NCBI GenBank assembly: GCA_051294375.1
Contig: CM119268.1
Location: 15,398,922 to 15,437,989, forward strand
Direction: 5' to 3'
DNA length: 39,068 nt
Origin: Paraspadella gotoi
Lineage: Eukaryota; Animalia; Chaetognatha
In this document: one piece after another, positions 22,367 to 35,394 of the stretch
Layout of the letters: each line of letters starts with the position of its first letter
Position numbering within the stretch: position 1 is the stretch's first letter
Position numbers and translations under genes: made by a program
Notes under the pieces: generated by a model
Database searches by the model: none
What the model saw: only the letters and a program-made list of their open reading frames with translations
Told to the model about the DNA's origin: nothing

Positions 22367-23449
22367 CACTGCCAACTCGCATTAACAAATACGAGATTTT
22401 CGGATTCTCTCCTTCCGGTGTTTATGTTTCTATAGCGACGCCAATTTCTTTGACATTTTGCGAATCTCGAAATATTGTAAAAAATGAAGGAGAGTGAGAG
22501 AGAGACGGAGAATAAGATGAGAGGCGATGAAGACGATTGTTCGTCGAGAGGGTCAGTAGAAAGTCCCATCACTATTTCGACACAATTTTGTGACATAAAC
22601 TTTTGAAATGATCAAATGTAAACAGTAATCAAGGTTTAATTTTAGATCTTAATAAACAAAATCTGTTTCGGGAGATGACAGTTACTTTCAGTATTAAACA
22701 AAATGATAGTGAAATCAATAATCAAAAACAATAAAAGAACAGTTCTGACTGAACTCGTCCGTTTTTAAATCTCGGATTCGTCAAGAGGTGTTTGTTCCAT
22801 GAATAGATTTGGTCGTTCGCCTCCTTGAAATCTAACAACAAATATTATCAATATAAACCCAAACCTTCACTACTTCGATCCTTAAATCAGGATCTGCCAT
22901 CAAAGCTTATCCAATTCAATACAAACACTGTCCGCCTGGCGACTTGGTTGTTTTTCCTTGCTCCCAGACGACGCTTCAATTCCTTCCCCCCCCATGCAGT
23001 CACGAAATCGTCCTCTCGCCGTCCTCGTCATTTCCCGAATTCCCTCATTCTCCGATGTTCATTACCTCCTTGACTCATCTTTTTTCTCGCCCTTCATTCC
23101 CATTCATTCCCCGCGGCCTCCGCTCACACCATGCCACTCCCCCCCTCCATCCGCGCCACAGCTTTTTCCGTCGTGGGCGTGCCCTCTTTTCCCCATCGAT
23201 GGTCACCGCCGCTTCTCACCGCCACCCGCAGTGACACTCGACGGTCGGTCTGGTCTTCTATCTACCGTTTGCATAATGCCGAGTCTCTCTCTCTTCTCTC
23301 TTTCTCTCCCTCACTTTTTCTTCTTCCTCTTCTCTCTCTCTCTCATCTCCTGCTCGTCCCTCCCTTCGCCACTCCCTCTCCCCCTTTCATTATGAGAGTC
23401 TAAATCCGTGAGCGTCCCCGTGGTGTCTCGCCCCATGCATAAGACCCGT

Positions 23450-26400
23450 CAAGTAATAAAAAAAACGCGAGGCATCGAAGTTCCAAATCACTCGTTTTCG
23501 ATCCCTGAATTCTTTTTTTTTTTCGCTTCCAAACTGAAATTCCCTTCCCATCGAATGTCTTGAGAAGTCTTCATTGACAACTCGTTTCTTGCCTTCACGG
23601 TTTTATCAAACGGAACATCAAGTTCAATACCCAACAGTTTCCAGCGATCAACAACTTGATTTCAACTCCGCTGTATCGAACTCATTGTATCTCAACTTTA
23701 AAGTTGTCTTTTTTTTCGTCAAATTCCTCTCCCAGTCCCAACACTTCTTTTCTTCTTTCAATCTCAATTTTCCCCTCGTTAATCCCTTGTCTCCTTCCAT
23801 CACCTCTCTTCTCCCCTACTTTTTTTTCTTCGATTCCGAGTCTTTCTTTGCAGTATACCGATCTCTTCTCCTCAAATGAGCTGTCTCGCGGTCCAGAAAA
23901 TTGATGCGGAGGCCAACAAGGGCGCTCATTATTTCACACTATTTCTAAACGCTTCAATTATACCGCGAACCACGTTTATCAAATATTTACTGAATAAAGA
24001 GAAAAGAATATCAGACAATATTCCAGTGATTTGTTAAGTGTTAAATCGACAAAGAAATTCCGTACAACCAATTGAACGATAAACACCACAACTAAACGAA
24101 AATCGCTCCTCAACTGCCCACATTTCCGCTTTTTTTTCCCTTCCCCTCTCCGCTCTCAGGTCGATCCCCTCCCAGTCCCAGGTGCTCTTCGCGAAATGTC
24201 TTTATCTGCAAGGAGCAACAGAATTTAAGACCTACCAAACAGCAAAGCCTGATCTTAACACTTCCGGGAAATGCACAAAAAAAAATAAACCAGAGGCCCT
24301 TCTGGTTTGAAGCAACGAGGCCGATCACGGTTCTACCGGGGAACCGTATTCGCTTCGAAGCCCATGCTAATTGGGCCGTGGAAGCCAGAAGACCGTAAAC
24401 TTCCCTTCTTCGCCAAGAGTTGGCCACTCCTCTACTACTCCTTCCCTCTCCTTCCCCCTCACCCTCTCTCGCCCCGTCCCCTCGTTCTCTTTGTCGCTGA
24501 GTATCGCTCCATCTCCGCCTTCGTGTCCCTTGGTCCCCTTTGTCGCCTCTCTTACAACGGCCTTTGCACTTCATTCCCTACAAGGCTTTGTGTTTTATTT
24601 TACAATTTAGTCCAATTAGCTTAATTAATGTTCTTCTCGTCTTTATTCATGCGTTAAATTTTAATTTTGCAATAGTTATTTGATCTTTGCATTGGCCTCG
24701 TTCTGTCGTTCAACTTACGTCCTAGTTATTTGGTCCAACCTCGTCTCTCAGCTTTCGTCATTGTAATCAGTCTGGATTGTCTTTTGTCCTCAAAACTCAG
24801 CAATTAGCCTATTCCTCTTCCTTTCCTCCCTCTCCTTCAGCTTCAGCTCGTAATAATCCTCCCGTCATCGTAAGATTCCAATCCTCACGCCTTCTGTCTT
24901 CCATTTTTCCCCTTTTTTATAACTCTCCTTCCTCGTTCTTTCTCTAACCAAAAGATCGTCATGGCGTCCTCCCCGTTTGCACCAGCCCAGCCCATCGCCC
25001 GCCTTTCCTTCAACAGCCCCATTCGTCCCTTTGGTTCTAACTCTTCTGTCATCTTTCTTTTCGCCGTCCGTCGTTTCGCGTCCAGTATAAAACTTCGTTC
25101 CTGTTTTTTTTATTGGTGCATATCGACGTCTCGGAGTTTTTGTCGCGAACGAAAGAGAAAAAAACACACAAGGGGGAGTTTGGAAACGCTTCTCAATTAA
25201 TTCATGCCCTCTCTATACAACGCGGAGTACCCTCCTTTCCTTACCCATGCATCCATAACGTCCATCAGAACTCTGAACCGCCACTTTTCTTTCCTTCATC
25301 AACCCATCATTTCCTCTTTCTTTGATGTTGAACAATAAAGCGTACCGATAACACTCTTAACCACTCCAAGTAGAAATCGAAATTCGAGATAGTAGACATC
25401 ATGAACAGGCTTGTACCTGTGAAACATTTTAACTATTACATAAAATTTACTTTTTATTTTTCTCTCTCATCCCCCCAAAGTGCCACCGCCTGGGTTCTTC
25501 GCGCCTCCTCTCCTCCCTCCTTCGAACTGAACGGAAAAAACCCGCTAAAAGCAAATGCATTTTCTCAACTCCTAAACTCTCCCTCTCCTCTCCTCCTCTC
25601 TATCTCCTCCTCCCCTCTCTCCTCCCTCCTCCCTCCTCCCTCCTCCCTTCCCCCTAATTCTCCATCACTCTGTTGTTCGAACTTTTTCCCCCCCGTTAAA
25701 AATATTAACTTCATTTTAAAAAACTTTTCTTTCTCCCGACTCGACGAAGTTTAAATGTCTCTTTTCCTCTTTTGTTCTCAACTTAATTCACACCCTTATC
25801 CATCTTATGGTCCAATTACTATTTTCAGTCCTCCACTCTAATCTCGGGGGCTCTAAACCCAAAATCGCTTTGCCCTCCCCGTTCTCACCTCCCCTCTCAA
25901 ATCTTCTTCCTCCTCCCTCTCTTCCTCCCTCGTTCCACTCACTCCTCCTGAACACGCTTCTCACTTCTCTTGTCAAGTCGGTTTCCCTTGGAGGCGACAC
26001 ATCACGCATCAAAGTGGTTTTCTCATCTTAATCTCCTCTCTCTTCCTCTTCCTCTTTTAAATTCTCATATCCTCTTACTCCTCCTCCTCCTCCTTCGCAA
26101 TTAAATATAATTAGTCTCGTCAGAGAAACGTTTATTCTTCTAACCCTTTTTTTTTTTTCTAAATACCCTCCATTACAGATTGAGTCGCCTTCGCCACTTC
26201 CGACACTCCAACACTCTCAAACTCCAAAATCCAACACTTCCACCAATCTAAAAGCTTCGTTTACTCTCCCGCTCTCTAACCTCGCCCTCTCTCTAGATTT
26301 TCTTTCATTCGTCGATCATATTTAAACGTTTGTTTTCTCCTTTTGATTTTCAACAAACCATTTCATTTAAAACGAAGGCTCAGCCTAAATCTCCTACAAT

Positions 26401-28177
26401 TGTTTCAATCCTTTTCTTCCTTAACTTCTTACGTTGATTTCTTCTTCCTTCTTTTTTCCCCCTTTTTTTTTTTCCGTCACCTCTTCCCTCTTCCTCCTCT
26501 TACCTGTTCTCCAACCATTTTTCCGGTCCCCGGAGGCACCGCGACTCACTGGCGTCCGTTTCGACGACGAGAACGAGGCACGACGACGAGGACGACGACG
26601 AACGACGACGAACGACGACCCAAGGCGACAAGTTGGGATAGAGAGCGAGCAACGACGAGAGTTAGAGAAGAAGGAAATCATCGCCGATTTCTTTCCGACT
26701 ACGACATCATGAAAACACACCATAGACACCATAAGCTCATTTTCCCATGACTAATGACGCCTTTGAAACCCCCGTGGCACGCCCCCTCGGCGAAACCCCA
26801 TGACAACGCCCTGCCACCTCCACACCTCTCACCAACTCCCCACCACACCTCCAACCACAGCCACACGTCTAATTTCTTCGCCTAATGACGAACAAAAAGC
26901 GCTCGTATGTTACGAGCGAAATATGACCGAGAATTATAGATCTTCAAAAAAGAAATTTAATCGAAATGAAACCAAGCACGTACTTTTCTGTATTGTTGTG
27001 GATTAAAAATTAAAATTGGCCCTAGTTGAAAAACATTATTTTGACAAATATTAGTAATATTCTCACCAAAATATTGTTACACGGCGGTAATTTTTTCCCA
27101 CGATATTGTTCGCTAGATTAAAAAACTCTTAAAAAACTAGGCACGTATACGATTATGAATATGATCTGAAAAAAAAAAAAAAATTTTCTCTCTTCTCCTC
27201 CCACTCTCTCCTCTCTCTCTCCTCTCTCTCTCTCTCTCTCCTCTCTTCGTCTCCTCTCTCTCTCTCTCTCTCTCACCTCGTCTCTCCCTCCTCCTCTCCT
27301 CTCTTTCTCTCTATCTCTCCGTCTCCCCTCTCACAGGGGTCGTGAAACAAAGTGAGACGAACACATTCGTCCCGGTGGAGGTTTAGAGATGAAGGACAAA
27401 ATGGTTTTTGCCCTTTGGGTCCCCGGGGGCTTGGGGGGGCGGAAGGGGGGGCAGGGGGGAAAGAGTAGCCAGGAAAGGGGAAGGGCGGGTTGTTGGCGAT
27501 GACGACGCGACAAAGGTTCGTCCTGTCACAACCAAAGGTCCGCGAGAAAATGGGAGGTAGCGACGAGAAGGAGATAGTTACGAGATAAAAATATTTTTCT
27601 TTCTCCCTCTCTCCTCTCTCTATCTCTCTCTCCTCTCTCTCTTCCTCTCCTTCTCTTCTCTCTCGAATCTCTCTCTCTCTTCTATCTATCTCTCTCTGTC
27701 TTTTTCTTTCTTTCTCTCATCTCTCTCCCTCTCTCTTTTTTTTGCAAAAACACTAACGTCGCACACAGGGATCCACACGCGGGGGATTCCCGAGTCCTTC
27801 ATCGCCGACTTCCAAGGACACCGCCGTCGACGCCGACGCCGACGCCGACGCCGACGAACGACGACAGACCAGGCGTAACGACTCATGATCGCCTCGTAAT
27901 TGAGTCACCCGACGAACCCTTTGCCGAAAACCTTTCCACTCGTCTTCTCGTAGGGTAACAGCCTCCACTTCGAAAAAACCCCCGCCCCTTCTTTAACCCT
28001 CGAAAATAATCCTGTCCTTAAAAAAGACTTATACCTTGTTTCTAAATTAAGTTTAATTGTTTATAATGCATATTACAGGTTTGTAATAAAATATCAACAT
28101 TATGGACAATTATTTGAAACCAAAAAAATAGTAACTTCATGAAAAGCCCAAAAATTTTAACTTAAAGGATGTTTATG

Positions 28178-28241
<64 letters not shown>

Positions 28242-30394
28242 CCAGAGAGACCGAACAAAAGTGAACCGACAATATTCGCAGCATAAGCAACCCCTGGGGA
28301 AGGTAATTAGAGAGAACCAACGAGATAAACGACCTCGCATTGGAAGACAGGGAGCCTCAAGAGTAAATGTTATCATCATATATATTTTTTTGTACTATGA
28401 CAATTGGAGAAGCTACTTAAATTTTTATACGACGCATACTGAATGACTAAACTTTTTTAGACAGCACTTTTCAATAAGAGAAACTATAAAAAATCGTATT
28501 CAGTATTCCATAGAATATTCGTTTTAAAAAATAATTTTAAATTATTTAAATTTGTAAAAAAATCTTTATAGATTTTATATATCCTATTAACTTTACGTAT
28601 ATCATTCATTTTTTTTTAGAAATACACATTAAACTTAAGATGTCTCATTCTGAATTCGATTCAAATGTACAAATTTAATTAGCAGAATTTTAGCTCCACT
28701 TTTTAATCAAGCCAGTTTTAAAAAGCTAAAAGGGAAACCTGTACAGACCCGGTTGTCAACGATCTGAAAAAGAATAAATTTAGGAAGTCGAAAAAAAAAA
28801 TACGGAGACCTAATCTCGAACAGCCCCGCCTTCCAATAAGCCGTTAAAAACGAAGGCCCAATTTTCTTTTTAAAAACCTCGGGAGTTTCGGTGTTAAAAA
28901 CCCGCGAAAAAACCTTGGATACTCACATCCAGCGCCCTCCCTTCGTGGGGAACGACGACGAACGATGAAACGGGAACGACGACGTCAGAGTACGAACGAT
29001 CATTACGCCTTTTTTAGCCAAAAAAGAAAGAAGAGAAAACGTCGCAGAAGAGTTTTCCTTCTATTTTTCACAGTGAATTTGTTTCTATAAAAAATGAACC
29101 TTTCAAAAGAAGATTTGCTTTTAGTCAGAGCTGTAAATCACTCTCTCTCTCTCTCGTCCTCTCTCTGTCTCTCAAAAACCTGCAAACTCGCTTACCAAAT
29201 ACGAGATTTCGGATTCTCTCCTTCCGGTGTTATGTTTCTATAGCGACGGGGCCAATTTCTTTTGACCATTTTTGCGACTCTCGAAATATTGTAAAAAATG
29301 AAGGAGATGAGATGAGGACCGGAGAATAAGATGAGAGGCAATGAAGACGATTGTTTCGTCGAGAGGTCAGTAGAAAGTCCCATCACTAATTTGTTCGACA
29401 CTAATTTTTGTAACATAAACTTTGAAATTATCAAATGTAAACAGGAATCAAGGTTTAATTTTAGATCTGAATAAACAAAACTCTGTTTCGGGAGATGATA
29501 GTTACTTTCAGTATTAAACAAAAGATAGTGAAATCAATAATAAAAAACATAAAAGAAACCAGGTTTCTGACTGAACTCGCCGTTTTTAAAATCTCGATTC
29601 GTACCAAGAGGTGTTTGTTTCCAGTGATAATTCCGCGTTCCCCTCCTAAAATCTTACAGAAGATATTTAACAAAAATATATAATAAATAAATAAAATACC
29701 AAAAGTTCCTACCAACCCTAATCAGTAGGACTGCCATGAAAGCTTTTCAATATCAAATACTCTTCCCAACTTGGCGATTGTCTCTTTCCTTGCTCCCAGA
29801 CGAGCTTCATTCTTCCCCCCCCCATGCAGTCAGCGAATCGTCCTGCCGTCCTCGTCATTCCGAAATTCTTCATTCCTCTGATTTTCATTACTCTCCTTGA
29901 GTCATTCTTTTTTCTGCCTTCATTCATGTCATTCCCCGCGGCCTCCGCTCACACATCTCACTCCCTGACCCTCCCCCCTCTCCATTTTCGCCCCACAGCT
30001 CTTTTTCCCGTCGTGGGCGTTCGGCCCCCCCCCCGGTCCCCTTTTCCCCATCGATGGTCACGCCGCTTCTCACACCGCCACCGCAGTGACATCGACGTCG
30101 GTTCCCTGGTCCCTTCTATTCCCGTTTGCATAATGCCGATCTTTCTCTCTCTCTCGTCTCTCTCTCTCTCTCGCCTCTCTCTCTCTCTCCTCTTCTCCTC
30201 TCTCCTCTTCTTCTCTTCTCTTCTCCTCCTTTCTTTTTTCTCTCTTCGTTCTCTCTCTTCGTCTCCTCCTCTTCCTCCTCCTCCCTCCTCTATCTTCACT
30301 CACACTCTCACCCTTCGCCACTCCATCTCCCCTTTCATTAATGAGAGGTCTAATCCGTGAGCGTTCCCTGTGGTGTCTGCCCCATGCATTAGAC
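23450..30394 (+). repeat. Copy 2 of ~5 kb duplication (indel-rich, with ~1.75 kb unmatched insert); probably a false haplotype duplication
   Basis: Same start and end words as copy 1. Differences are mostly 1-2 bp insertions and microsatellite length changes. Confidence 0.9.
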
Positions 30395-30677
30395 TGTCCT
30401 CGTTGACGTCGGGATCTCTGATTTCCTTCGCCGTTGAGTCAAGGGGCAGAGGAAAAGTAGCTCTGAGCGTGACTTCTGAAATTAAGATTAAAAGACGGTA
30501 ATTGTTTTCCTAAGTTAATATCATAAATCAATCGATAGTAATGATGATAATAATCAAAATATATATTTCAATTCATCATTCACCACACGAAATTTGAGAG
30601 AATTTTGCTTCTCTTCGATTTGTTAACAGTTAAGGGCGTAGTGAAAGTTAAAATAGAAAATTCTAAATGTCAATTAA

Positions 30678-31207
30678 TATCGAACATACCATCAGTGACA
30701 TTAATTTGTAAAAAAAAAATTTTATTTTTTTTTAATTTTCCGCCGCAGTATGGCCATATTTATTATATAGTATTATCCTTATAAATCGAAAATTCAAAAA
30801 TTAGGCTTTTCCTTGAAAATTTTTGATTGCAGATTTGAATTCCCTTGTCAAAAGTGAATAAAGAAAAATATAAATCATTTTTTTAAATTCTCCAATTAGT
30901 GGGTTAAAATTAAAAAAAACCTATATTATATATAAAAGTTAATTTTCCACCAGCTTAAAAAATATAAGCTTTTTTTGCTAATTTTTGACCCACTCTAATT
31001 GAAGGATTTTTTCAAAAAGAGTTATATATTATTTTTCTTTTATCAACTTTTTAATAAACAGAATCCAAATCTGCAAAAAAAAATTCTTTAGAAAACGTTT
31101 TGGAAAATTTTTAACCTTTATTGGTTTAGTACAGTATAATATGGCCTACTGCGTAAATTGAAAAAAATTTATTATAAATTGTTTTAAAATTACATAATGT
31201 TCGATGT
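30678..31207. mobile_element. Long imperfect palindrome; candidate foldback/MITE-type non-autonomous element
   Basis: Nested arm pairs around a centre near 30945: atcgaacat/atgttcgat, cgcagtatggccatat/atatggcctactgcg, gcagatttgaattc/gaatccaaatctgc, ataaagaaaaata/tatttttcttttat and caattagtgggttaaaatta/taatttttgacccactctaattg. No target-site duplication identified. Confidence 0.6.
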
Positions 31208-31363
31208 TAGTATAATATTGTTCGTTCTCCTCGCCTTCTCCTCATTTTAAGAAATTTAAAAAATTAGGTATTGAGAATTTTTACTAGCCTTATGTACAGT
31301 CGTTCCGAATGAAANNNNNNNNNNNNNNNNNNNNNNNNNATGTAAATCTGAATCAAAGGATTA

Positions 31364-31543
31364 AACTGCTTCAAATTAGTGTCCGAGAAAACAATTCAGA
31401 TTCAGATTCTTGTTTGTTTCAAAGTCCTGATTTTGGCAGAATGTTTAANNNNNNNNNNAACTGCTTCAAATTAGAGTCCGAGAAAACAATTCTTATTCAG
31501 ATTCTTGTTTGTTTCAAAGTCATGATTTTGGCAGGATGTTTAA
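31364..31543. repeat. ~85-bp tandem repeat, two near-identical units on either side of a 10-N gap (likely collapsed array)
   Basis: aactgcttcaaattag(t/a)gtccgagaaaacaattc...gattttggcag(a/g)atgtttaa at 31364-31448 and 31459-31543, with a few substitutions. Confidence 0.85.
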
Positions 31544-32084
31544 TTGGTTTAATTTGATCTTTACATGAATGACCCCAGAATTATTTTGCTCGCAATCATA
31601 TTTACTCATCAAAAATTTCGATTCTTTCGGTTTTTGCCATTTTTCCGGAGAATTCCTCAATTACGATCAGACGAACGCCACTCAACTTCCCTGTACCCAG
31701 TGATGTTCAGATGATNNNNNNNNNNNNNNNNNNNNNNNNNNNNNNNNNNNNNNNNNNNNNNNNNNNNNNNNNNNNNNNNNNNNNNNNNNNNNNNNNNNNN
31801 NNNNNNNNNNNNNNNNNNNNNNNNNNNNNNNNNNNNNNNNNNNNNNNNNNNNNNNNNNNNNNNNNNNNNNNNNNNNNNNNNNNNNNNNNNNNNNNNNNNN
31901 NNNNNNNNNNNNNNNNNNNNNNNNNNNNNNNGGGATTTTTCTATGGTGCGCTATGCCATCGGATTCCATGAGCGCCGGTCGGAGCGCCGGCGCGTGACGA
32001 GCTGTGACCCAGTGACCTCGACGTCGAAACGTTTATGACCTCACGGAGACGAAGACGACGACGGAGATGACGTTGGGGACAGCG

Positions 32085-32285
32085 GATGTGGATGATGATG
32101 ACGACGATGAGGATGACGAAGATGAGGATGACAAAGATGACAAAGTGGATCGGGATAAAGATGACAAAGACAATCAAGACGAAGAAGAAAAGCAAGAAGA
32201 TGACTAAGATCATTCGGATGAAAAATATGACGACGACGAAGAGACCGAAAAATATGAGAAAGATGTTAATGCTGATGGCGTTTAA
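32085..32285 (+). repeat. Degenerate triplet-phased (GAY/GAR) low-complexity tract
   Basis: Reads as a D/E/K-rich frame with TAA at 32205-32207 and 32283-32285. Confidence 0.7.
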
Positions 32286-32391
32286 AACAATAGTAAGTAA
32301 AAGCTATTTAAAAAAAAGATAACACATCATGATGTAACCGAGAAAATTAAAAGTACGACAGGTAAATGACAGCAACGACACCAACCACACG

Positions 32392-32435
<44 letters not shown>
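32392..32435. repeat. (GAC)n microsatellite, representative of many ACG-class tracts
   Basis: Others at ~13125-13160, 14147-14197, 18122-18145, 19893-19934, 21081-21100 and 36530-36612. Confidence 0.95.
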
Positions 32436-32850
32436 AATCGAAGTCAACGAAAGTGACGAGGACGAACGGGGACTCGTCAAAGTGTGTCGCCTCCCTCCAT
32501 AACAGCGGCCAGAAACTGTTATGGCCATCGGGGAATGTTTTTCCAGATGCTAAACTTTTTTAGCGNNNNNNNNNNNNNNNNNNNNNNNNNNNNNNNNNNN
32601 NNNNNNNNNNNNNNNNNNNNNNNNNNNNNNNNNNNNNNNNNNNNNNNNNNNNNNNNNNNNNNNNNNNNNNNNNNNNNNNNNNNNNNNNNNNNNNNNNNNN
32701 NNNNNNNNNNNNNNNNNNNNNNNNNNNNNNNNNNNNNNNNNNNNNNNNNNNNNNNNNNNNNNNNNNNNNNNNNNNNNNNNNNNNNNNNNNNNNNNNNNNN
32801 NNNNNNNNNNNNNNNNNNNNNNNNNNNNNNNNNNNNNNNNNNNNNNNNNN

Positions 32851-32884
32851 CTCTCATTCTCTCATTCTCTCATTCTCTCATTCT
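32851..32884. repeat. 8-bp tandem repeat CTCTCATT at gap edge
   Basis: Four copies immediately after gap 32566-32850. Confidence 0.85.
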
Positions 32885-34145
32885 TTTTCTCCTTCTCACT
32901 GAGGAGTGAGGATAATCATAATGAGTTTTCAGTTTTCTCCGCTTTTCCCGTGACTGGTTTACAGCTTTATTAATTTTAAAAGTTTTAAATATTACTATTA
33001 CACAGCATGCTTCATTTTTCTTCATAATCGTCTTTACTAATTTTTTCCCCACACATAAACGCAAGAAGCCAACGATAAACAATGCCCTAACTTCCATCGC
33101 GAGGGAAATGACGAGCGAAGTCCTCCGTTTTTTTGTTTCAGTCAAAGTTTGACTTTGACTTTCGAGCGAGATCGCTCTCCGGGTTCAGCTGAAAATACAA
33201 TTTTTTTTACGCTTTAGAATTCACAATGATTGTTAGTTTTCAAGTTTGAAACATTCAGTCGAAATCTAGGGAACCCGAAGAAAGGAGCTTCCCTGTTTGG
33301 GTGGGGCTCCTCGAATCGAGGCTAATATCCCGCCCCGACGTCGCCGGACCCAAAGGGTTGAGGTTCTCCTCTCTTTAGGTGATTCGGTCGCCGAGTTTGC
33401 CCGGTTCTTTTTTGTTGTTGTTGTTGTTGCACTACGAAATGATAAAAAAATAATTTGACGTTTCTCTCTTACGCTAACTGTTTGGTATTTTCGGCAAATA
33501 TTTAATTTGTTCTCTGTGCATTTCTTAAAAACTAATTTGGCGAGAGTGAAAGTTTTTTCTCTCTAAAAATAATTTACGGCATTATTTATACATTACTAGT
33601 AGTTTAACTTTTTAAATTCACGCTTTGTTACTCTTTGCTACGAAAGTTTTTGCCGTGGCCAACCTTCCGATTAACTTCAAGCGAAATAAAAAAAAACATA
33701 CTTCCTCGTTATATCCGCTGCGCGGTGTAGCAGTTCCCTCGCGAGGGTAAGGGTCGCCAGTGTTTTGACTGATGTGAGGTGAGGCAGAATGCGTTTGGGT
33801 CGCATCACCTTGAGTCACGACTAGCGGGGCGGGACGGGAGGTAGAGTAAGGTTTGGAGGCTGAGCGGAGATGTCGGGATTTAGGACAAGGGGAAATAAAA
33901 AGGAGGTAAGTTCGGAGCTGGGAGAATCGGGGTGATTTTGTGGTGCTTGGTTGAGTAAGTTAAAGTTGACATAGCGAAGTTTATTCAGAAATGTAAAAAG
34001 AAAGACAAACTAAGAAGGCATAAAAACTTATATCTCTCACTTGTTTTTCCCATTTCAAGCGAAACCCCCTTTCCTCCTCTCGTTTTTCACGACTTCCCAC
34101 GTTGTCAGGTAAGCCCGTGGGCGCTGAGCGGCTAACGGAGAAGAC

Positions 34146-34225
<80 letters not shown>

Positions 34226-34298
34226 TGTCTCCGAGTACTTCTCCGCGCGGCCAGCGTTCGCGTCTCCGCGGGTGAGTTCCGACGATCAGGAACGTGAT

Positions 34299-34310
34299 CG
34301 TCACGTGACG
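34299..34310. promoter_or_regulatory. Palindromic E-box CGTCACGTGACG (USF/TFEB CLEAR-type GTCACGTGAC)
   Basis: Perfect 12-bp palindrome in a CpG-rich patch beside a GA tract; function unproven. Confidence 0.3.
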
Positions 34311-34843
34311 TCGTTCGCTCTCGTCGCGCGTGAAACATTGCGAAGGAGCGTGGAGCGAAGGCGAGGAGGACGGTGAGGGAAGTTTGGGGGGGTAAGATGA
34401 GGGGGAAGGATAGCTTGGAGGGGATATAGAAGGGAAATGGGGTGATGGAGAGAAAATATAGAAGGTAAGGTCGCACAATTAGAGTTAGTTGCAAGAGAGG
34501 AAACAACAACTCTGCAACTATTTTTTGGCAACATGGGGTCATCTCCCTAAAAAAACCATGATGAGTAATTAACTGAAATCACTGGCACAGGCGAAATCAA
34601 AATTCACGAAGCGAGACTGGGAGATGGGAGAGTCAGCGAGGCTTGATTTAAATCCAACGCCGGCAATTTCGCTTTTCGACCCTTTCGGCACTTCGACATT
34701 GCTCCGACCTGCGCGCCTCTTGCTGTTGCCTCAGAAAAGTTTACGACGATGTTGAGAAATCTGGAGGAGGGCAACGATCGCAGCGAGAGAGGTTGATGAC
34801 GAGTGATGAAAATGTGGGAAGATATAATTATGACAGGAGACGA

Positions 34844-34925
<82 letters not shown>

Positions 34926-35394
34926 GAGAGAAAGAGAAAGAAGGGAATCTTGCAGGTAGGTCGAAAATCAACGGAGTGAGGCTAAGGACGGAGTACCGAA
35001 GGGATAGATGTATGTATATGAATTTAGGTGCAATGATTAGAGGAGAGAGAAGGAAAAGGGAAGTCGCGAGAGAGAAGTGGGTGAGCATTGAGAAAATTGT
35101 AGAAGGCAGAAAGAACAAAGAAAATGGAGATTGGTAAGATCATATCTTTCTTTGTCGACAATGCCTGAGAAAATACTATTACACTTTGTAAAAAAAAAAA
35201 TCCAGAAACTTCGATATATTTATAAACATCCGGTATTTATAAATATCCGGCATACTAGATTTATGAAACCTCCGGCGCAGAAAAATGAGGCCCTACATTC
35301 ATCACTCATTCCCGCGCCCTTCTTCGGTCACGCCCCCTTCCGGTCGCGCCCCCCATCTTTCCCGCTGGTTACAACCTGACACGATGCGCCGAGG

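Larger units (their letters stand above)
18478..23445 (+). repeat. Copy 1 of ~5 kb head-to-tail duplication
   Basis: Starts caagtaataaaaaaacgcgaggcatcgaagt and ends ccccatgcataagac; colinear with 23450-23815 plus ~25570-30394. Confidence 0.95.
7278..32850. other. Assembly gaps (11)
   Basis: N runs at 7278-7302, 7585-7826, 12112-12136, 13803-13812, 14449-14838, 15438-15874, 16257-16635, 31315-31339, 31449-31458, 31716-31931 and 32566-32850. Confidence 0.99.

Noticed and set aside
23930-24060. Insert as a reverse-complement chimera of ~18200-18320
   Set aside because: Only short words (taccgcga, ttatcaaa) match and no SMRTbell adapter is visible; too weak to claim.
18478-30394. LTR retrotransposon with long terminal repeats
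   Set aside because: The copies are directly adjacent, with no internal gag/pol, TG...CA ends or PBS/PPT.
4821-32285. Alternative nuclear genetic code as the explanation for the in-frame stops
   Set aside because: Only a handful of cases, involving both TAA and TGA, in uncertain frames of a noisy assembly; pseudogenisation or error is simpler.
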